A stretch of DNA of 64,000 bases, from positions 4,464,001 to 4,528,000 of the forward strand of contig OX597819.1 of assembly GCA_951406725.2 (NCBI GenBank). Reading direction: 5' to 3'. Of the stretch, positions 56,365 to 64,000 are shown in pieces (within the stretch, counting starts at the first letter, position 1; the number at the start of each line of letters is the position of its first letter). The notes beneath the pieces are model-generated. The model searched no databases. It was given only the letters and a program-made list of their open reading frames with translations, and was not told the DNA's origin. The translations under genes were made by a program, and so were the position numbers. The stretch comes from Octopus vulgaris. Taxonomy: Eukaryota.

Positions 56365-56760
56365 CATGTCGTCTATCTTTATGTTCTGAGTTGAAATATC
56401 GCCGAGGTTGACTTTGTCTTTCATCCTTTCAGGGTCGATAAAATAAGTACCAGTTGAACAATGGGGTCGAGGTATTCGACTATCCCCACCTTCCTCCGAA
56501 ATTGCTGGTCTTGCACCAAAATTTGAAATCAATATTCATTTCACCTTAAAAGGTAGCGTGCTGGCAGAATCATTAACACGTTGAGCAAATTGCTTAGCAG
56601 CATGTCATCCGCCTTTATGTTCAGAGTTCATATTTCGCCGAGGCCGACTTTGGCTTTCATGCTGACAGAATCGATATAGTAAGTAACAGATGAACACAGG
56701 CGTCGACTTACCTCCTGCCCCGAAATTGCTGGCCTTGTGCAAGGGTTTGGATCTAATATT
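56365..56760 (+). mobile_element. Two SINE family C copies
   Basis: CGCCGAGG..GACTTTG..TTTCAT core twice. Confidence 0.75.
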
Positions 56761-56849
56761 TATTTTATCTATCATGTAGATAAAGAGTGGGAACATTATT
56801 GGACTACGATTAAGGTATCCGTTGGCATTAAACAGACTTTATAATGATG

Positions 56850-57155
56850 GTAGGTCTCCGTCGTTCAGTGATGAAGATACCGCGGTTCGATCAACTGAAT
56901 TGCCTGTTCTTGAATTTACTTGTAATTGGTTGAGCAATCCGCAGCCACATGGAGCTGTAATGTGAGTCTCAGGCAAAATCAGTGGAATACAGTATGTGAC
57001 GGAGCTTCTGCACAGTTTCCGTCAACTCAATTTTACTTACAAGACTCGTGTTTGACCCTAGGCTACAAGAAATAACAGCTGATCATGCCATACAGTAGGA
57101 TCGAACCCGGAATGTGGTGGTTGCTAACCAAATCTACTAATCATTCGGCCATACT
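56850..57155 (-). mobile_element. Old chimeric SINE (family B-like head, family A-like tail)
   Basis: 57000-57155 resembles the family B 5' half. 56850-57000 resembles the family A tail. Confidence 0.5.
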
Positions 57156-58317
57156 ATCCCTGAAATTGGCTGTGTGTGTGAACGTATACATGTTTGTATG
57201 TGTATGTTTGTGTATGCATGTTTATATATATATATGTGTGTTTGTGTGTGTGGGTCTCGTGTTATTGTGTGTGTATTCATTTTGCTATGAATTTGTGTGT
57301 ATATATTATACGCAAATGTTTAAGCATGTAGATTGTGTACGTATGAAAGTTGGTATAAACAGCAACCAAGTACCATAGCAAGATATTCTGTGATAAGTAG
57401 CAGACTACAGGCGTTCCTTTGCTTACATTAAGAGAATTAAGAAGCCATCAATTACATTTTCTTTTGTATGGAATAAATCACAGAACAGCGTCGCTACATT
57501 AGTGAGAGTCGGATAAGAAAAGGTCACTCACTGACTCTTTCAGTCGAGTTAGTAGCAGACCACCAAAGATGCTTCTCTTAAGTTCTCTCTCATTCTTCTA
57601 TCTCCCATCCTCTCTCTCCCTCCCTATACATATACGTGTATGTGTGTGTGTGTGTAACGAACTATCACAGCTAGATGGCTTTGTTTTATTCTGAAGAAGA
57701 GATTACTAATGTTAGTGTATTTAGTGTGGAATGTCTTAACTAGTCTGAAGTTGTCAGAATGCCAACTTGTTAGTAAACGAAGACACTTCTTTCTTTTCTT
57801 TTTATTTATTAGAAGAAAAAAACCAAATATCTTCTACATTAATTAAAACTTAGCAACGAAATGCTTGCCTGAGTAAATTGATCACAAATATTACCCTTTT
57901 ATCTATTTAACCTTTGTTTTTTTTTCTTTCTTTTTTACAAACGCATAAAACTACCCAACTCTAATTTCACATATCGGTGTGCGCCTGTGTGTGTTGGTGA
58001 GTAGCAAGCATGACATTGAGGTTGAAAACTCGTTACGGTGTATTGAAGTTCCAAGTTCGATCTCACAGCATGACATATTGAGTAAGAGTTTTCTTTTTTC
58101 TTATCGCCTCGGATTTCCCCAAGGCTTCTGATTGAAATTAGGTAAACGGAAAAATGACCTATTTTGTCACATACACTGCACCACATTGATTCTACCTAAG
58201 GATTCCATGAACAGTACAATAATGCAGCTACTTTACGTTAAGTAATTGAAGATGTTTGTCATTCATTCCATCGAACAGGTAGAATGGTCGTCATCGAGCA
58301 GTGATATATTCTATTTT

Positions 58318-58601
58318 TTTATTTTACTTTTTCCAGTCATTAAACTGCAACCATGCTGGAGCACCGCCTTGAAGAATTTACAGTCGAATGAGTCGATCCC
58401 AGTACATATTTTATATTTTAAAAGCTTGGCACTTATTCTATCGGTCTCTTATGCCGAGCCGCTAAGTTACGGGGACATAAACACACCAATACCAGTTGTC
58501 AAGAAGTGGTGGGGGACAAACACTGAAACAAAGACACACACACACGCACGCACGCACGCACGCACACATACACATGGCTGTGTGGTAAGAAGCTTGCTTC
58601 C
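58318..58601 (-). mobile_element. 3' half of a family B SINE followed by a short plus-strand family B head
   Basis: CCATGCTGGAGCACCGCC..CCGCTAAGTTACGGGGAC, then TGGCTGTGTGGTAAGAAGCTTGCTTCC. Confidence 0.75.
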
Positions 58602-59720
58602 GCGCATGCGTCACCCAAAGTGAGGCGATGTACTCAGACTTTGGCAGGTCTTCAACAGAGGGAGAGCTGGTAAAGGCGGTCATAAAGATGGACGGAGTAT
58701 TGGAGAAGACAAGGAGTTTTGCTGAGGCCACGGAACTGAAGCGAAGAGAGCTGGACTTGGCTAGTTTGAAGGTGTATGAGAAGATGGTACAGAAGGTGGG
58801 AGGTGACGTGAAGTTGTCGCCCCCCAAAGGAATTATGGAGAGGATGGAGAGAAAAACGATCACCTATAAGGTGTTCTCGTTAAAAGGAAAAAGGCTGAGG
58901 AGGTGGAAGCTGAAACGGAAAACGCGCAAAGGGAGCGGTCAAAGGAAGTGACGTTATATAACCAAAGTAAGGAGACATGGGACTATGGTCGTCCAATTTA
59001 GGAAAGTAGAAGAGGCGAGGAGGATGGAGAGTATGGCGGTGAAAACAGAGGAAGTAGTGGTTCTGCCCACATACCTTGGAAGTAAGACTTCCAAGGTAAG
59101 GGTAGAAGCAACCCCACCTGATATAGAAGTGGCTTTGGTGGGGGGCGGCTGTCTTTCAGGCCACAGAGACGGAGGAAGGAGGTTGGAAAGGGAAGACATT
59201 GGAATTGATTATACAGACGGGGGAGGAACAACTAGAGAGTTTGGCAGAGACGGTGACGCTGGGGGAAATTGTGCTGAGAGTGTGGGTAGAAGGCAGAGTA
59301 CCACGATGTTTTAAATGTGGCCAAAAGTGCCACATTAGAGCGTACTGCCCTCTACAGAGGACAATAGTAGAGGAAACAGTTGTGGAGACGGAGAGAAAAG
59401 AGAAGAAGAAAAGACAGGCGGAGGAAAGTAGGAAAAGGAGGAAGAATGGAGAATAACCGAGAGTAGAAAGAAGAAGAGAAAAAAGAAAGAACACTGAGTG
59501 TGATTAGTGTGATGTGGTACCCCAATGCAACTCCATCCCACCCAAGACCACTCAGACCTACCCTTCCCATACAGGCATCAAACCCACCCAACCCATTTCC
59601 CCACAAGAAAAAAAGAAGAAAGAGCAGACACCTTTTTTTCATATTTGTGTTTTTCATACTGGCCCCACACACTTGTATCGTCCCTTCAATGTTTGGTCCC
59701 CTGTGAGCAATAAAGAATTA
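58602..59720 (+). mobile_element. Tx1/L1-type ORF1-only element (HAL1-like), frameshifted
   Basis: Overlapping ORFs 58628-58951, 58985-59314 and 59199-59456 end in zinc knuckle CFKCGQKCHIRAYC (CX2CX4HX4C). No ORF2 follows. Tail TGTTTGGTCCCCTGTGAGCAATAAAGAA. Confidence 0.8.
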
Positions 59721-59721
59721 A

Positions 59722-60084
59722 AAATCGTTAGCACGCCGTTCTGAGTTCAAATTCCGCCGAGGTCGACTTTGCCTTCCATCCTTTCAGGGTCGATAAATTT
59801 AATACCAGTTACGTACTGGGTCGATATAATCGACTTAATCCGTTTGTCTGTCCTTGTTTGTCCCTTCTGTGTTTAGCCCCTTGTGGGTAGTAAAGAAATA
59901 GGTATTTCGTCTGCCATTATGTTCTGAGTTCAAATTCCGCCAAAGTCGACTTTGCCTTTCATCCTTTCGGGGTCGATTAAATATGTACCAGTTATGCACT
60001 AGGGTCGATGTAATCGACTTAATCCGTTTGTCTGTCCTTCTTTGTCCCTTCTATATTTAGCCCCCTGTGAGCAATAAAGAAATA
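59722..60084 (+). mobile_element. Two tandem SINE family C units with Tx1-type tail
   Basis: Each ends TTAATCCGTTTGTCTGTCCTT..TTTAGCCCC.TGTG.G.A.TAAAGAAATA. Confidence 0.9.
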
Positions 60085-60085
60085 A

Positions 60086-61408
60086 ATATTCTTTTTACTT
60101 TAAGCACAAAGCCCGAAAGTTTGGGGGAGGGGGCCAGTCGATTAGATCGACCGCAGTACGCAACTGGTACTTAATTTATCGATCCCGAAACGATGAAAGG
60201 CAAAATCGACCTCGGCGGAATTTGAACTGAGAACGTAACGGCAGACGAAATACCAATTTCTATATTGCCCACAGGGAGCCAAACACAGAAATGATCAAAA
60301 TAACTTATTGGGATCAGTAATACGCTATGATTTTACATAAAATATGAATATAAAAACTATATAAAATATTAAAATTTGAATGTAATTAACAATACAAATG
60401 TAGCGATGATCAGGCCACGCTCCGACCCCACAAGCCCCGATCTATCGCTGGTGCCTTTTTTGTTATTCTTTTATAGCCCATTCACACAGTTTCTTGCACG
60501 CACAACACTCGTGCAACATGCTTCCATCTCTTTTTGAACATACTCTCCGACAGACACCTCTTCTCCAGCCACACCTTCCTTTTCAAATGAATAGTAAAGA
60601 TGATCGTAAATCGTGGCCGGTGATAAAGTTGCCTGTCTTAATCTCTTTTATCCTAGTCTTCCATACTACCTCTTTCGCTATTGCTACAACCGTGAGAAGA
60701 CAATTCTTACCTTCGTTCGTTAAAACTTCCGGTGGATCAATTTTTATAACTGACTTAGTCGACAGCCGTACTCTTCCTTCGCCGGACAACAGGTGTTCAG
60801 CATAAACCCACATTTCAGATATCTGTCCCTCAATAGCATGAGGGACGGTTTCCCTGTCTCCCCCGTATCTTGCGAGCTTATCCCAAACGGGCAAGTCACC
60901 TCTCTAACAACACCGTCTTCAATTGTTATCTTATCTTCGTACTTTATCAAATCATTTTTGTTTGTCGATAGCCGCCAACGCAAAACCTTTTTGTTTATTT
61001 TCTTCTGTTTGAAGACTTTTCACGTCAATATTCCTCTTTGCAACAGTACACATTGATGGCTGAGGAAATTCACTTTCAGAAGAATCCAAAATATCACCAA
61101 ATATTAAACCATCAATCTTTTTTGCCTCCGTATCGGTTGACGACTCTTCGCCAGACGAAGTTACACTTTTTGGCATCTTGCCAGCAATTAATGTTTCCCC
61201 CACAGGGGAAAACACACGATAGTTTTCGAACGAAGACTATCACACAAATAATTATAACAGGAAATAACACAAAAACAGTCAATAGAAACTTGCACTTACT
61301 ATACAGACGCACTCCAATAATAATTACCAATAAATCCAAACTCACACAGACGAAATATCGCTAAGCATTTCGCCCGGCGTGCTAACGTTTCTACCAGATC
61401 GCCGCCTT
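60086..61408 (-). mobile_element. Family C SINE split by a LINE insertion (SINE parts 61347-61408 and 60086-60254)
   Basis: The two halves rejoin into one consensus-like SINE. CAGACGAAATA(C/T)C is duplicated at 60242 and 61347. Confidence 0.88.
60255..61346 (-). mobile_element. Internally deleted Tx1-clade LINE
   Basis: ORF2 C-terminal-like peptide PVWDKLARYG..ETVPHA..VAIAKEVVWKTR. The 5' part resembles a UTR plus ORF1 start (MPKSVTSSGEESS..). Tail CTGTGTTTGGCTCCCTGTGGGCAATATAGAAAT. Confidence 0.8.
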
Positions 61409-62309
61409 TCTCTCTGAAAATATTAACAAATTTTTTGATATTTTTACCGAAAATGCTCTTCCCATCGTCTTGAGGAGCAAAAAAAAATTGGCCAAAATAG
61501 ATCCGGAGTATGATGATGTGGGAGTGGGGTGTAAAACAAAAGAGTTTTCAAAAAGTTTTTCAACCCCATAATTTCGAAGGCTGTGGCTTCAAAAAAAAAT
61601 GGGAAAATTCCCCGAAAAAAATTTTCCCCACAAATTTCTTTATAATCGTAATTTATGCCGTTTGAAAGAGATTTGCATAAATTTTCATTAAAAGATACCC
61701 ATCTTCCTGAAAGGGAAAAAAAGTCAGATCGTGTGAATTTTCCGAAACTCCTCTCTCACCACCCCCTCGGAAAAATTATTTCCTATAAATCCCTATATAC
61801 TCTGAAGTCACAACATCTAAGCGGTATTTGTAGAAAATTTTGCGAAAAAGTAGCCATTTTTTGGATGTTATGAGGCAACAAAGTCGGGGACGCATACATC
61901 TGTAGTAAAGCGTTTTTATTTTTTCATTTCATGTTTATTTCATTCATTGTTTGAAATGCTCTCTCTCTATCTATCTATCTCACGCACGCACACACTGCAA
62001 AGCTTACAAATGGGCTACTAAATTGGAATCTTTATGTTGCTTTGAGGGGAAAGTAAAACTTGACAAACTGCATCTCTCTATTGTTGGACTACTGTGATGT
62101 TTGTTTAAAAAAGAGAGATTATGACTGTGATACAATAATGAAAGCAATATTTACTAAAAGCAAGCGAGCACTATTATACAAAAAAAAATAATTAGACGTA
62201 AAATATAAAAATTATTAGAATTGGGGATCAAATGTGAAAATATTATCAAGGGGCTAGCAGAAAACCGCCCTCCGGGCAGTCTTTCTGCTAATCTTATTAA
62301 CTATTATGT

Positions 62310-62490
62310 AGCAGCGAACAATGCCCTTTGTCATATTTCGGCATTTCCTCTGGCTCGCTTTGTTCTGAGCTCGAATCCCACCGACGTTAACTTTGCACGT
62401 CATCATTTCGGGGTCAATAAAATAAAGTACCAGTCAAATACTAAGTCGACCTTTTCCTTCCACAAAATTTACTAGCCTTGCGCCAAAATT
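62310..62490 (+). mobile_element. Old SINE family C copy
   Basis: GTTCTGAGCTCGAATCCC..TTTCGGGGTCAATAAAATAAAGTACCAGT. Confidence 0.65.
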
Positions 62491-64000
62491 TTCTTATCTA
62501 TTAACATAAAAAAGGGGGAGATACCCCGCCCCCGTCATTTCCCAAGACATTGGTGATGGCGCCATCGCAACTTCCTGTGTGTCTCATACATTTAAACCTT
62601 GCGATAGCCATCCCTATCCACCTAACGCCTACCGATTACTTCCAGAAGGGAAAATCGCTCTCAGTTTTAACCACGAACTGTTGAAAGACACAAGTTAACA
62701 TCATAGGTATTTGACCGTACAGATCCAAAAGCAATATGTAATGTTTTCTATCTGCCGCTCCTAACTTCGTGGCCAATTCGCTGCTGTATAAAACGCGATG
62801 ATAGTACAGGTGGGGGGATTGTATTAAAATTTATTGAGCTAAAGGCTGGAATTATTCCTAATTGAGACACAAGCCCTTATTTATTAAGTACATGTGAATC
62901 CAAAGATGTGAAGATAAGAATTGTTATAGAATATACTATAGTAATACTGCTGTAACTATTTTAGAGATGAAAACAGCAGAATTATTTGTAATAAGATATT
63001 TAGAAGCGTTGCTCTCTGTCGGGAATTCAAATTTCGTCTTTCATTCTGCAACAAAATATTTAACAAATTCATTCGAGTTGTTCATTCTTTCAAAAGTCTG
63101 ACATTGTTCGTTTTCTTGGGAATATATTTTCAGTGTTACAGGTAAATAAAGAAAATAGCTTCATCTTCCCTTATCAGATGCATTCCGCCTGCAACTGATT
63201 AGTTCTACTTTTTGATGTATCAATCAGTGGGTGGTTAGTTGTATTGTCTTCGGAGTGTTTTGAATTCAGTATCACATCGAAAGCCTAATGAATTAATTAA
63301 AATGAGATTTCACTCCTTATTGTACCTCTCAATGGAGAAATTATTTATGGCAAAGCATATTAATCATTAGAAGTTCAAATTTAGTGTAAGCTTAAACCGT
63401 GCCTCGCACTGCTAGCTGTGTATGAACACATGTTTAAATATGCAGACTATTTTAGAGGCGATATGTTTCGAGTGTCAGCAAAGAAAGAAAGCTACGTAGG
63501 TTCATAGCTGTCATACACTTTGTTATCAGATCAGAAATCTATTGTTCTATGAGAAGAAATTGAATTTTGTGGGAAGATTAACACGACTAAATAAAATTAC
63601 TGTTAGCTTTCAGGCTTAATAAGGTTCACATTCCTATGTGAATCATTGTTACGTTGAACTAGTTTTCATTTACTTCATCAGATAAAGCAACACAACTTGG
63701 CTGTTTACATGAGTGAAATCTCTAAACTCCACCCCAACGGACATTAACTTCAAAGATACACACCCATTAAGTTCTAAAACTTTATGAAGAATTATTAACA
63801 GTAATTAGCAAATAGAAACAATAAACAGTGTTCTGATCGTTATATACAGATAAACTATTTTTATAATAAATTTACAGTAACGATTGAAAAACTATTCTTT
63901 ATATTCATGTATTTGCTACTTCCAAAGAAAAGAAAGATTAAACCGTCAAACATTATTAGATAATAAGTATCGCAAATATTTTGTTGAGTGAGAGTAAATA

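Overview
AT-rich, repeat-saturated eukaryotic intronic or intergenic DNA. The SINE families and microsatellite load point to an octopus-like cephalopod (inference from recalled repeat sequences, not checked). No host protein-coding exon could be supported; almost all ORFs in the track are microsatellite artefacts or decayed transposon fragments. The window holds mariner and maT DNA transposons, three non-autonomous Helitrons, RTE, R4/Dong, CR1-like and Tx1 LINE remnants, one decayed Penelope element, MITE-like fold-backs and many tRNA-derived SINEs. Two systems stand out. (1) About a dozen minimal type-I hammerhead-like motifs from at least 8 unrelated short non-coding element families; their 3' ends abut (TA)n or (CA)n tracts, and several show partial tandem repeats of about 310-365 bp or 5' fold-back inversions (Penelope/retrozyme-like). 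(2) A Tx1-clade LINE derivative, an ORF1-only element and a SINE variant share one 3' tail and are joined at two fixed positions in the head of the same SINE family, building nested SINE arrays. Coordinates were counted by eye and may be off by a few bases. Family labels (A, B, C, P1) are mine.
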